The notes under the pieces were generated by a model that did not search any database, was not told the origin of the DNA, and saw only the letters and a program-made list of their open reading frames with translations. DNA of 64,000 bases from Squalus acanthias (taxonomy: Eukaryota), in the NCBI GenBank assembly GCA_030390025.1, contig CM059433.1:29700001-29764000 (forward strand), read 5' to 3'. The first letter of the stretch is position 1; each line of letters begins with the position of its first letter. This document shows, one piece after another, positions 26,811-39,690 of the stretch. Both the position numbers and the translations under genes were made by a program.

Positions 26811-27553
26811 GGCCCAGAAATTGATCTCGCTCTGTTCCCGCGGGGGTAAGCCTTCCCCGCGATGTCTCACCTCGCTTATGCTTTTTCTGATCCAGCTCGC
26901 ACGAACTTGATGTTCCAGACATCAGCTGTGCTGGGCTTGCGTATCCCAGCGGCGTAGTGAATTCGTGCGAGCTGTGGGATCACGTGACTCAGTTAGAGCC
27001 AATGGCAGCACACCATCTTCCATTCATAAGTCTCACAGCATGGCTGTGAGACTTATGAATCTTACACCCCCCCAAAATAACAGCTAAACCTCAATTAAAT
27101 TTAAAAAAAAACCATCACATTAATAAAATAAGTATAGTTAATTAAATTAACCATTTTAAATAAAAAATTAAATTTTTGAAAAAATTTAAAATCTTTTAAA
27201 AAGTTATAAAAATAAACTTACCTGTCTTTAAAGTCTATAAAAAAGATATACCTGTAAAAAAAAATTCAAAAAAATACTTAATTCACTACTTACCTTCTTA
27301 AAAGCGGGTCTTACTCCTCCTTTTTACATTTCCAAAATCTTCCCTACTTACCTGCGCGTCCAAAGCATGAAGTGCACAGCGTGCGCGCAGCCTGTAGCAC
27401 GCACGCGATGCACCCAGGCCCCGCCCCCTTTTCGGAAGAGCAATTGCCGGTTTTCAGCGCATGCGCAGGGCATGCAGAAAACCGGCAATTGGAGTGGGAA
27501 TACGCGAGAGTATGCAGTGCGTACTCTCGCGTCCCGGGATCAATTTTCGGCCC
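26811..27553. mobile_element. MITE related to 23142-23905, opposite orientation
   Basis: TIRs GGCCCAGAAATTGATC / GATCAATTTTCGGCCC; flanks ATT/ACT; same GC-rich arms and AT-rich core, inverted. Confidence 0.72.
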
Positions 27554-27574
27554 ACTAGCTGGCAAGTTCTCAGT

Positions 27575-28088
27575 GAACTAGCATACACAGGGAGACCACG
27601 TGTAGGTTGTCATCAGCTCCCCATTCACGACGACTTGAAAAACCCACTACAAAAGCGCTTAAAATCGCGCTGGCCATTCTGGGAAACAGCAGCCAATATT
27701 CATGCAGCTGGTATCGAGCCACTATCCAGATGGACGGAATCGTGGGATGCGTGCAACATAATGAACTAATGCCTCATCACTGACCCAACAGCAGAGGTTC
27801 CTGGCTTCGACCTCTCTCGCAGACAGTGAACAGCACTCAACCCAATCCGCACAGGGCGTGGACGATGCGGCCACCTGCTCCACAAGTGGAAGATGAGGGA
27901 CGACCCGAAGTGCGACTGTGGCCATGAATCCCAGACCATGGAACACATCACACCAACCTGCCCACTGAGATCTGTTGTGGGAGGCACCTCATTTCTCCAC
28001 TCGGCATCTCAGGAGGCCATTGAATGGGTAGACAATCTAGGCAGCCCATTATAAGCTTTACCCGTCATATGAAATAACAACAACAATT
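27575..28088 (+). mobile_element. Ingi/Vingi-like LINE 3' fragment
   Basis: PGFDLSRRQ*TALNPIRTGRGRCGHLLHKWKMRDDPKCDCGHESQTMEHITPTCP (C-terminal CCHC) followed by a short (CAA)n tail. Confidence 0.6.
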
Positions 28089-28140
28089 CATAAACTCTAC
28101 CCTTCGAGGTACCAAAGTAACTCATCCAGTTTATGTTATT

Positions 28141-28890
28141 GACCCAAAATTTACTGCCAAAGTAACAGTGAGGCTAATGGTGCTCACCATTATTTTTACA
28201 CAATTGCCACAGGCGAGGGCAGGTGCGCGATTAAACACGGAAATCCAAAAGTTACTGTCCGAGTTGTGCCGCTCTGCCGTTAACTTTACGACAACGGTAT
28301 CTCACTGTCCACCTCACCATTGAAATGCATTGAATGGCGTGAAGTTACTGTATTTGCGGGGTAGATACGGGCTAAACTCACCACAGAAAGTTAAGTCTTG
28401 TCATTTCAAATCTAAGCACCCTTTTAACAAAGTGATAAGTGTTAATTACTGCCAGTCAACCTCTCTGGCACTGAAAATTAACTATTGCAAGTCTTAATCC
28501 TTCAGCTTTTAATTATTGGTGGAGATTTTTTTACAAAATTAAAATAATTTTATTTAACTTTTTCTTTCTGCCTCTTTTTACTCTCTCTCTTAATCCAATC
28601 TGTCTTTCCCTCTCTTTATTTCTCTTTCTGTTCCTGATTTGACACTGAATTCACCCACTCTAATTTACACTTCCTTTTCAGTCTTTGAGCTATTTATTTC
28701 ACAATCCTTCAACCTGATTGGTTAAGGAGGCACACAGTTGCTTTCCCTGTTCACTCAGGTCCCAGATGCCCGTTATCAGCTCACACTTCCAGCAACTCGC
28801 CAGGCAAAATATCACGGGCATTAAATGGGCAAGGGCAAGTCTAACTAACAGTGGGCGCGTTCATTGGCCTGCCACAGCAACTCTTGGGCC
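28141..28890. mobile_element. MITE with ATT TSD
   Basis: GACCCAAAATTT / CTCTTGGGCC termini flanked by ATT on both sides. Confidence 0.6.
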
Positions 28891-29287
28891 ATTATTATTT
28901 TTTTTAAATAGGCGTCTTGGTGTGAGTCACTGTCTGTAATGTAATCTCAGGGTTAGGTGATGTTCAAATCTACTCAGTCTTCACCCCCAGTGTTTCAGAA
29001 TGCTCTTTACACTCCTGAATTATAGTACTGTACAGTGCAACCTTGCAACACAAACCAGTTGAAATTGTTACTCTTGATTATAAAAATAGCAAGTACTTCT
29101 TTTCAATGAAGGACGATGTAGATTTTAAAATTATGCAACTAGCTTCAACATCAATAAAATGATCGGTGGCTCTTATAGTTTCAGCTTCTTACCAGCTCAG
29201 CTAGATTCTTGTGCTAAAATATTATATTTTAAAATGTAGTTACAGCTCTGCCCTTGGATTTGCTTTTTTATCTTTATATTAAAAGCA

Positions 29288-30246
29288 CATGCACACACAC
29301 ATAGACACACACATACACTCACACACACATACACTCACACACACACACACATACACTCACACACACACACACACACACATACACTCACACACACACACAC
29401 ATACACTCACACACACACACAGACACAGTCACAGACACACACAGACATACACTCACACAGACACAGACACACACATACATACACTCACACTCACAGACAC
29501 ACACATACACTCACACAGACACAGACACACACACAGACACAGTCACAGACACACACAGACACACAGTCACAGACACACACACATACACTCACACAGACAC
29601 AGACACACACATACATACACTCACACAGACACAGACACACACACTCACACAGACACAGACACAGTCACAGACACACACACAGACGCAGTCACAGACACAC
29701 ACACACACACAGTCACAGACACACACACACATACACTCACACAGACACAGACACACACATACATACACTCACACTCACACAGTCACAGCCACACACACAT
29801 ACACTCACACAGACACAGACACACACATACATACACTCACACTCACACAGTCACAGCCACACACACATACACTCACACAGACACAGACACACACATACAT
29901 ATACTCACACACTCACACACACACAGACACAGACACACAAACACACACATACACACACACATACACTCACACACACAGACTGTCACAGACACACACACAT
30001 ACACACTCACACACACACAGACTCAGTCACAGACACACACACATACACTCACACACACAGACTGTCACAGACACACACACATACACACTCACACACACAC
30101 AGACTCAGTCACAGACACACACACATACATTCTCACACACACAGTCACAGACAGACACACACACACAGTCACAGACACACACACATACACTCACACATAT
30201 ACATATACAGACACACACACACAGATACACACACAGATACACACAC
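29288..30246. repeat. Compound (CA)n-derived microsatellite (ACAC/ACAG/ACTC/ACAT/AGTC variants)
   Basis: About 960 bp of CA-based repeats. Confidence 0.97.
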
Positions 30247-31716
30247 AGGTAGATCCAAATCTATAATCGAGTTTCACAGCTGCATGTATCACAATGCTAT
30301 GGGGCGCTCTAATGCAGTTTTAGTGGATGTTGGTGTAAGCTCTACATTGGAAGAGGGGACAGGGAGCTGATTAAACACGTAGCGTTGGCTGATTGCTTTA
30401 ATCAGCTCTTTGTTCCCTCTTCCATAATGAAATTAACCCAGTTCTACATTATAGCCATTAGTAGATGATTAAGCTAATTTTTTTTCATTTATTTTTGATA
30501 AAGATTTTTATTCCCCTATTTTCCACTGACAGGATAATTATTATCTTTTTTTTGCCTTGGCCTCAGAATGCTACTTCTTGGTTCTGTTTGTTTTTGTTAT
30601 TACGATGAGGTGGTCACTTCGGTGCATTAGTGACTGCGGACTAGCGAAAGGGAATTAACAACTTAACTCAGGCTTGAGAAAATAATTAATACTTTAGTGT
30701 GCTTTATACCGAATAGGTGATTGAGGACTGATTAGAAGACACAGCATGGCTGAGCGGTTTAGTCACCATTCCAATATAAAATATGCTGAACTGTTGATTG
30801 CAGAAATTAGCAGATAGATTGTGATTCATTCACAGAGCTGTGGCAACAGAGCTAATGCTCCAACTGCAGTCTTTCTAACCGCATATTAGTACTGATTCTC
30901 AGCAAATCAGGATTTATTTTAAATTCAAAAGGCAAAATACTGCAGATGCTGGAAATCTGAAATATCAACAGAAAATGCTGGAAACACTCTGCCTGGCCTG
31001 CTGAGTGTTTCCAGCATTTCCTGTATTTATTTTCAATTCATTTTTTAATAATGCCTGCTGGTTTTGACCAATTCGATGTTTCCTTCTCTTTAGTGTGTAT
31101 GAAAGTGAAGGAGGGGAGGGCCAAATCAGGGCAGAGTTGTCACTGGGGTGGGAAGGAAGAAAAAAGAAAGGAAGAAAGAGAGAGAGAGAGAGACAAAGAG
31201 AGGGAGAGAGAAAGAAAGAGATAAAGAGCTAGAAATTCAGCTCCGTAGCGCCCGATTTTTCAGCGCTATGGGTGCCGTTTTGTGATGAAAATGGCATCTG
31301 CGCCACGCGTGCACACTTCTGGTGCATGCCACGCCAGACACCATCTTGGTGAGGGTGGTAGGGCAGGCGCTAGGAGCGTGCAGCGGGAGTACGTTAAGTG
31401 GGCAGATCGTGATGACAATCAGCACTGATTTGACACCAGTGCTGTAATTTTTGTCCTCAGCTCTGGAGCTAATGCCCTGTGTTAACCTCACACAGCTGAA
31501 CATGCGTTCAGCAGCAGCAAGGATAGTTAAAGGCATCAGCAACCACTCTCAGGTCAGTTGCTGATTAATTTCTATTGGCTCTGTGTGAGTTTGTGGAAGT
31601 GTTTGGAGATTTCTAGAGTTGTTTAAAGTTGGTGAGGTGACAGGGAGTGGTGCTGCAAGTGGAGAAGGCCTTCGTTCTGACTTCAAGGGTTCTGGTCAGT
31701 CCTCTTGCTCCCAGTC

Positions 31717-32160
31717 ATGGGTGCTCTAGTTGTCATCACCCTTGGCCTGCAGCATGACAGGGAGAGGGAACAGAGGCAGAAAAGAAGAGGACAAGCTGCT
31801 CGCAGAGGGAGGAGGAGGAGGGGGAGAAGGTCTCTTAGCAGGAAGCCTTACCCACTTAGGGTCTTTGGAGAGCAATGTTCTTACCTCAGCCTGAGCCAGG
31901 AGCAGTGTGTGAGACGTCAGGGCTTTATGAAGGAGGTGCTCACAAAACTCTGCCACCTCTTGCAACCAGACCGGCAGCCTCACTCCAGGGCAAGGACAGC
32001 ACTGCCAGTGGCTGTGAAGGTGACCGTGGCCCTGAATTTCCTCACGTCGGAATCCTTCCAGGTTGACGCAGGCGACAACTGTAACATCTCCCAGTTCGAC
32101 ATCCACTGCTGCATAAGAGAGGTGACAGACGCTCTTTATGCCAGGAGAGGGGGGTTTATT
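31717..32160 (+). pseudogene. Harbinger transposase N-terminal part (element A)
   Basis: YLSLSQEQCVRR..F.KE....LC.LL...LPVAVKVTVALNFL.S.SFQ...GD...ISQ...H.CIREVTDAL, HARBI1-like. Confidence 0.85.
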
Positions 32161-33129
32161 GGCCTTGAAATCCAGGGAGAAAATTTCGTCCCCTTAGCGC
32201 CTCCCGTTAGCGCCAGCAGATGTCGATAATGGGGCGCTAGACCAGTATCGCCGGGGCGAGGCGAATCCAAAGCCATATGCCAAATCCCACCGTCCACCCA
32301 CAGCATTGCCGGTAAGAGGTATCGCCAGGAACGTCAACGCCAGGTGGATCGTGACCTCAGTGAGTATGCAACGCTCACTGACCGCCCGATCTCCTAAATT
32401 GATTCTCGTCACTTACCTTAGCGCCTGGAGTAAACACCGACAGGGAGAGCTGGCGTGAAGGACCAGGAAGCCGGCTCCAGGGACGTTATTTAATGGGATC
32501 ATCAGTAATCACTCACAGCTGTCAGGATAGTGCAGTTTCAGTGGTTTCTTGTCAGTTTCAAATACTGCAACAGTTTCATTCAGTAATTTCAAGGTTCTTT
32601 TGTATCAGTAATCTTGTAGAACTAAAAAGTAGCTACATTTATTCTTAAAAGAATCAAACCGCTACACTTGGTAACGTTAATGGGGGCTGTACTGGCATGC
32701 AACCTTGCCCTCCAGGATCTAAGATGGAGGGAGCATAGGCAGCGAGAAAGACGGGAACATGTGCACAGAGAGATGAGGAGGGTCATTAGGGCTCTCACCA
32801 GGATGCCTTCCCTCCGAGGGTATTCCGAGAGCATTTCTCCTACATTCAATTAAGCGAGGAGCAGTGTATTAGATGGCTCTGCCTCACCCAGGAGGTGGTC
32901 ACAGAACTCTGCCACCTCCTCCAAACAGACCTCCAGCCTCGCACCAGGATGACTTAAAGCCCACATCCCCTTTGCTCACCACATCCCCATCATTCCAGCC
33001 CTCTCGCAGGCCATATCACACCACAAAGCTGAAATGACAGACACCACAAAAGAATGGTAAGTGAATGAATAAATTTATCAAAAATCAGTGAACACCTCTT
33101 TACACCAGAAGTATTAACTATTCACCCTT

Positions 33130-34881
33130 GTGCAATCCCTCAGTGCCTGTCATTACTGTGCCTTTGCCTACTCTAATGCTCCGAGGAAGTGTTGGCCCAG
33201 TGGCTGCAGCAGGTCTGGAGGAAGGCTGCTGAGTGTCCATGCGGGAGACTTCAGATGGACTTGCAGGACTCCCTCGACCAGCTCTGGACCTGCAGAGGAC
33301 AGCAGGCTCCTGCTCCACTGACCCACTGCCACTCCCCCGGGCAGCACCTCAGCATCCCTAGCAATCTGTTGGAGCAGAGATTGCTTTCCTGCTGTGACAC
33401 CGTGAAAGCCCCGGTCGATGGTGGTAGACCCAGCCATGATGGCAGCAGTCAGAGCTTGCATGGCATCAAGTTGAGACTGCATGAGAGCAGTCTGAGATTG
33501 GATGCCACCAAGCATAGACTGCATTACAGCACTAAGACGTTGCGTCGCTTCCACCTGTGCTGCAATAGAAGCTCCCAGATCACCCATCACACGCGGTATC
33601 AGGTCTGGATCACCACAGTCTCTCTGGGAGTCGATCATCCTTTGCAGACTGGAAATGACGGGCTCCATGGTGTGCGCAGAACCTTGTGCAATGTTGGAGG
33701 TGGACTCCTCCATGCTCCTTACCATTGCTGAGAGGCTCTTGGGCACCCTGGCCATTGCATCTATCATCTCCATGTGCATGCCCATCACCCTTCTCCTAAA
33801 TCCTCACCATCGAGGTCTTCATCTGATTCCTGTGCAGCAGAACCCGCGCACGAACTCGCCCTCCGGGGAGCTGGTCCCCGAGCTACCCTTTCCCCCTGAC
33901 CTTGCTGCAGCCCACTCATCCCTGGTGCCTCACCCTGTGCCGATCCCGCTACTATACTAGCCTCTAAAGAACGCGTAGTGCCAGTATCTGAGCTGGTGCC
34001 TGCGGGTGAGACATGCAGTGTGTTCTTCCTCCTCCTCTTCTCCCGCCTCGCTCTCAACGGTGCTCTCAGGGACAGGCTGCTCAGGTGCTTGCTGATTATC
34101 TGAAAGCATAAAGGCACAAGAGTCAGGTTAAGGTGAGGGGAGGGGGGCAGGAAAGGAGAAGTGCATGCATACAGAATGATTAGCTGGAAGTGCGAAATGC
34201 TTATGGGGTGAGGGGGAAGTGGGATGTGAGAAGGAATAGTGATGAACATACCATTGTTGTCCCCAAGGGGGTCAACATTGCCGGTGGTCGCGCCCACCAC
34301 CTGGCACCCAATGATTTGCAGCACTCGATTCTACAGTGCAGACAGTGGTTGGGTGTCTGCTTGTCCCCCGTTTGTGTGCTCCTGCTCCCTCCTGTGGTGA
34401 GCCACCTTGGACTGCAAGAGAAAGGAAAGTGTGTGAGTGAGTGTGGAGCAATGTGTTTGATTGATGTGTCTGCCCTAGTTGAATAGCTGTTATTGTGTGC
34501 AAGGTGTGAGATGTGGGTGTGAGTGTTGGTAGGTGGAGATTGTTGGTGGGTGAGTGCTGGGGGTGTGGTGCTTTGGGCAGTGTGTGAAGATTGTGGTTCA
34601 GATGGTGGTATGTAGCATTTGTTGAAGCATTCACTCACCCTGACTACCCAAGTGAGGTTGTTAAATTTCTTCATGCACTGTGTGTGGGTCCTGGGGACCA
34701 CAGTGCTGACAGAGATGTGCTGTGCTACCTCCCTCCACATGGTGTGGAAGATTTGTGGTGAGGGCCTCCTGCCACTTGCCGGGTAGAGTGCCGCCCTCCA
34801 TCTCTCCACAGCAAAAAACAATGTCTCCAATGTTTGATCAAAGAATCTGCGGGCTCTCTCCCTGGGGTGTGGATCTGCCAT
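33130..34881 (-). pseudogene. Harbinger Myb/SANT-like DNA-binding protein gene (3 exons, degraded)
   Basis: RARRFFDQTLETL...LYP.SG...W.EVA..IS....VPRT..QC.KKFNNL; donor GTGAGT near 34637. Confidence 0.75.
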
Positions 34882-35104
34882 GAGCACACCTGGTTCAGTC
34901 CTCCTGCTCCTGCTCCTCCTCCTTGTCATGCTTCTGCTTGCTGAGCCAGCTGCACAGCCAGCAATGCTGAGAATGAGGTGCTGCAACATCAATGAACTCC
35001 CCTTTAAGTAGTGAGAAAAGCCTGTGGCAATCATGACTTGTGATTAGACTGCGCCCAATATTGGTCCATCCTCTGAGTGTAACACCAATGAGCTTGGGCT
35101 TTAA

Positions 35105-36610
35105 GGGCTAGAAATTCATTATAGCCCAGGAATGGGCGGTATCTTTAGAAAAGTTTGAGAATTAGTGCCAGGCGCTAATGCTTTAGACTGCATGCAAAAT
35201 TCATTCTCACTGCTCAAGAAACGATTGGGGCACTAAATCAAGTCTTAAAGGCCTAGCTCAGTGGTGTTACACTCAAAGGGTGGACCAATATCAGGTGCAG
35301 TCTAATCTCAGCTCATCATTGCCACCGGCTTTTCCCAGTACTTAAAGGGGAGGTTCATTGATACTGCAGCACCTCATTCTCAGCATTGATTGCTGTGCAG
35401 CTGCCTCATCAAGGAGAAGCACAACAAGGAGAAGGAGCCGAAGGACTGAAGCAGGTGTGCTCATGGCAGATCCACCTCAGTCGGGTGGTCAGGTGATTGA
35501 ACAAATGCTACATACCACCATCTGTATCACAAGCTTCACACACTGCCCAAAGCACCACACCCCCAGGGCTCACCCACCAACAATCTCTACCTACCAACAC
35601 TCACACCCACATCTCACACCTTGCACACAATGACAGCTATTCAACTATGGCAGGCACAAGGGTCATTAGTTATCAGAATGAATGTGCTATGTGTGATATG
35701 CTTATGCATAAATTTATTAATGGAGTTTGCAATATTTTGTGGTCTCTCTCCTTTCATGTTTGTGCCCAGGAGGATGTTGTGATATGGCTTGACACAGGGA
35801 TGGTATGATGGGCATGTGGTGAGCAAAAGGGATCTGGGGTTTAAGTCATCCTGGTGTGAGGCTGGAGGTCTGTTTGGAGGAGATGGCAGAGTTCTGTGAC
35901 TACCACCTTGGTGATGCGGAGCCGTCTAATACACTGCTCCTCACTTAATTGAAGGTAGGAGATACCCTCAGAGGGTAAGGCCTCCTGGTGAGAGCCCTGA
36001 TGGCCCTCCTCATCCCTCTGCGCACATGTTGCCATATTTCTGGCTGCCTACACTCCCTCTGCTGTAGATCCTGGAGGTCAAGGTGCCATGCCAGTACAGC
36101 CCCCATTAATGTTGCCAAGTGTAGCAGTTTGAATCTTTGAACAATAAATGTAACCACTTTGCACTTGTCAGAAGACTGCTGATAAAAAAGAAACTTGAAA
36201 TTACTCATACAAATTGATCCACTGGGTGAAACTGACAAGAAACCATTGAAACTAACCTGCCCTAACAGCTGCGAGTGATTAATGCTGATGCCTTTAAATA
36301 ACATCGCTGAAGCCAGCTTCCTGCAGCTGTGCGTCTGCTCTCCCTGTCGCTGTCTGGTCGAGGCACAAAGGTGAGTGGCGACAATGAATTTTCCTGATCG
36401 GCACCCAGTGAGCGTTGCACGCTTACTGACGTCACCATCTTCCTAGCGGTGAAGTCCCCGGCGGTACCTCGTACTGGCAGCACAATGGGGGGTGGCTGGA
36501 TTTGCTGTGTGGCGTTGGATTTGCCTTGCCCCGGCGCTACTGCATCAGTGCCCCATTACCGCCCTCTGCAGGTGCTAACGGAAGGTACCAACCTATCGAA
36601 CTTTTCCCCC
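35105..36610 (-). mobile_element. Harbinger C2, internally deleted copy of the C1 family inserted inverted into C1
   Basis: 35105-35240 is the reverse complement of 36620-36754; 35840-36140 is the reverse complement of 32640-32960; flanks TAA/AAA. Confidence 0.75.
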
Positions 36611-37237
36611 AAAGATGTGAATTAGGACTCCAATCATTTTTTTGAGCAGCGAACACGAATTTTGCGTGCAGTCTAAAGCATTAGCGCCTGGCGCTAATTC
36701 TCCAACTTTTCTACTGACACCGCCCATTCCTTGGTTATAATGAATTTCTAGTCCTTTAAGTCTTACCGCTGGCCGATAAAGCCCATTTCGGGGAAAAAAG
36801 GTGGCCATCGCACTTCCACCCGCTGCTGGTTGGTCCTGCGACAGCCGTAATTTCTGGCTGGGGGGCAACACTACCAATGTCCACACTCACTAGCATTATG
36901 GAAATTATGCAGATCATGACGTCAGTGAGCGTGCAACGCTCACCTGATGCTCAATCTGCCATTTTGGAGTGTGCCACTCAACTTAGTGGCCTGTGTTAAT
37001 TACGACCAGCTGAGCAAGCATTGACAAGCAGGAAGGAGGCTCCAGCAGCATTATTTAAAGGGATCATCACCAACAAGTTGCAGCTGACATGTTCCTTCAG
37101 TTTGACTGTCTCTGAAACGTTTTGCAACTCCAGCAGATTTATAAACTTATTTCAAGGTCCTCAGGGAGTGTTGAGGCAAGTGGAAAACCCTTTCCTTCTT
37201 ATTTAAAGGCTTTTGCTCACAACACTTTCCCACTGTC

Positions 37238-38390
37238 ATGGGGGCTCCACTGGCAGGCCCCCTCGCGCTCAAGTATCTTCGGGAGAGGGAGCGGAGACAC
37301 CGAAAAAGAGGAGATGATACGCGCAGAGGGAGGAGGAGGAAGGCCAGGAGGGCTCTCAACTGGAGGCCTTACCCCACTAGGGTCTTCAGAGAGCACTTCT
37401 CTTTTATCCACTTAAACGAGGAGCAGTGTTTTAATAGGCTCCACTTCACCAAGGAGGTGGTCACAGAACTCTGCCACCTCCTGCAACCAGACCTACAGCC
37501 TCAGATCAGGGTGACCACGGCTCTCCCAGTGGCCCTCAAGGTCACCGTGGCACCCAATTTCTTTGCCAGCGGACCATTTCGGTCTGCAGCAGGAGACATA
37601 GCTAACATCTCCCAGTTCGCCGTCCATCGCTGCATCCGGGAGGTCACAGACGCTCTCTACAGCAGAAGAAGGGACTGCGTTTTCTTCTCTCTGAACAGAG
37701 AGAATCAGGAGGATCGCACATGTGTCTTTGCCAGGATAGCGGGCTTCCCTATGATTCAGGGCGCCATAAACTGCACTCACGTGGCTTTGCGGGCGCCGTA
37801 TACCAATCCTGAGATCTTCTGTAACCGCAGGATACCACTCATTTAATGTGCAGTTGTTGCACAACCACGCACAGCACATCTTGATGGTCAATGCCCGCTA
37901 TCCTGGTAGCAGCCACAATGTCTTCATCCTGTCATAGTCCAGTGTGCCAGCAATCTTCCAGGCACCACGTCAAACCCGAGGATGACTGCTCAGAGACAAG
38001 GGCTATCAGCTCTGCACCTTGCTGATGACTCCTCTCCACAACCCCACCACTCCTGTCCAGCACTCATATAATGAGAGCCATGTTGCCAACAGGAACATCA
38101 TCGAGCAGACCATCGGGCTCCTGAAGCAATGCTTCTGCTGCCTTGGCCGCTTGGGAGGAGCCCTCCAGTACTTGGCGAAGCGGGTGTCCCATTTTGTGGT
38201 GGTCTGCTGCATGCTTCACAACTTGGCGTAGCTCTTGCCAGCAGGGATTGCAGGACCACCTCAGGAGGGGGATGAGGGAGAGGAGGAGGACGACGAAGAT
38301 GAGGAGGAAGGGAGGAGGCAGCCAGCAAATCGCCCTTCAGCACGGGCTATCCGGGAACACATCATCAGACTCCAATTCCAATGAATGAAA
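37238..38390 (+). pseudogene. Harbinger transposase (HARBI1-like DDE nuclease) of element B, frameshifted
   Basis: AGFPMIQGAINCTHV, NARYPGSSHN, DKGY, YNESH..RNIIEQTIGLLK..F.CL, CCMLHNL. Confidence 0.9.
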
Positions 38391-39271
38391 CCCCAGATCC
38401 CCGTTGCTCACCACACCCTCATCAACCACATCCCCATCATACCAACACTCTGTCACAGAATATTACAGCGTCCTCCTGGGCACAAAGGTGAAATGAGAGC
38501 CACCACAAAACAAAGATTCCAAACAAAATTAATAAATTTATCACTAATTAATTCACAAATCAACTAATCACCCTTGTGTAATCCCTCAGTGCCTGTCATT
38601 TGTGTGCCTTTTCCTGCTCTGGTGCTCCTATGCAGTGCTCCCCCAATGGCTGCAGCATGGCTGGTGGAAGGCTGCTGAGTTTTCGTGGGGGAGACTTCAG
38701 TTGGTCTTGCAGGATGATCTCAACCAGCTCTGGACCTAGAACATAGAAATATAGAAAAATAGGAGCAGGAGTAGGCCATTCGGCCCTTCGAGCCTGCTCC
38801 GCCATTCAATATGATCATGGCTGATCCTCCATCTCAATACCATATTCCCCCTCTCTCCCCATACCCCTTGATGCCTTTTGTGTCTAGAAATCTATCTATC
38901 TCCTTCTTAAATATATTCAGTGACTTGGCCTCCACAGCCTTCTGTGGTAGAGAATTCCACAGGTTCACCACCCTCTGAGTGAAGAAATTTCTTCTCACCT
39001 CAGCCCTAAATATCCTACCCCGTATCCTGAGACTGTGACCCCTCGTTCTAGACTCCCCAGCCAGGGGAAACATCCTCCCTCCATCCAATCTGTCTAGCCC
39101 TGTCAGAATTTTATACATTTCAATGAGATCCCCTCTTTTCTTCTAAACTCTAGTGAATACAGGCCTAGTCGACCCAATCTCTCCTCATACGACAGTCCTG
39201 CCATCCCAGGAATTAGTCTGGTGAACCTTCGCTGCACTCCCTCTATGGCAAATATATCCTTTCTTAGGTAA

Positions 39272-39357
39272 AAGTGAGAAGTCGCACAACACCAGGTTAT
39301 AGTCCAACAGTTTTATTTGAAATCACAAGCTTTCGGAGCGGCTGCTCCTTCATCAGG
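39272..39357 (-). mobile_element. 86-bp Penelope-type pLTR fragment carrying a hammerhead core, 6-bp TSD
   Basis: AGGTAA duplicated at 39266-39271 and 39358-39363; minus strand reads CTGATGA-A-GGAGC AGCC GCTCC-GAAA-GCTT then AATAAA. Confidence 0.72.
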
Positions 39358-39690
39358 AGGTAAGGAGACCGAAACTGCACACAGTACTCCAGGTGTGGTC
39401 TCACCAAGGTCCTGTGTAAGTCATAGAGTCATAGAGTTATACAGCATAGAAAGAGGCCCTTCGGCCCCTCATGTCCGCACCAGCCATCAAGCCCTGTCTA
39501 TTCTAATAAAATTTTCCAGCACTTGGTCCGTAGCCTTGTATGCTATGGCGTTTCAAGTGCTCATCTAAACTGTAGTAAGACATCCTTGCTCCTGTACTCA
39601 AATCCTCTTGCAATGAAGGCCAACATACCATTTGCCTTCCTAACTGCTTGCTGCACCTGCATGTTTGCTTTCAGTGACTGGTGTACAAGG

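Larger units (their letters stand above)
32175..36754 (+). mobile_element. Non-autonomous Harbinger C1: truncated transposase plus spliced Myb/SANT gene on minus
   Basis: Ends GGGAGAAAATTTCG / GAATTTCTAGTCC; transposase stub 32680-32955; Myb/SANT exons ~34880-34640, ~34410-34250, ~34100-33130. Confidence 0.7.

Noticed and set aside
29289..30266. 325-aa His/Thr-rich ORF
   Set aside because: Translation of a CA microsatellite; open only because the repeat lacks stop codons
30925..31035. Palindromic hairpin resembling an ncRNA precursor
   Set aside because: Both arms match the Penelope 3' terminus at 20460-20530; an inverted pLTR remnant
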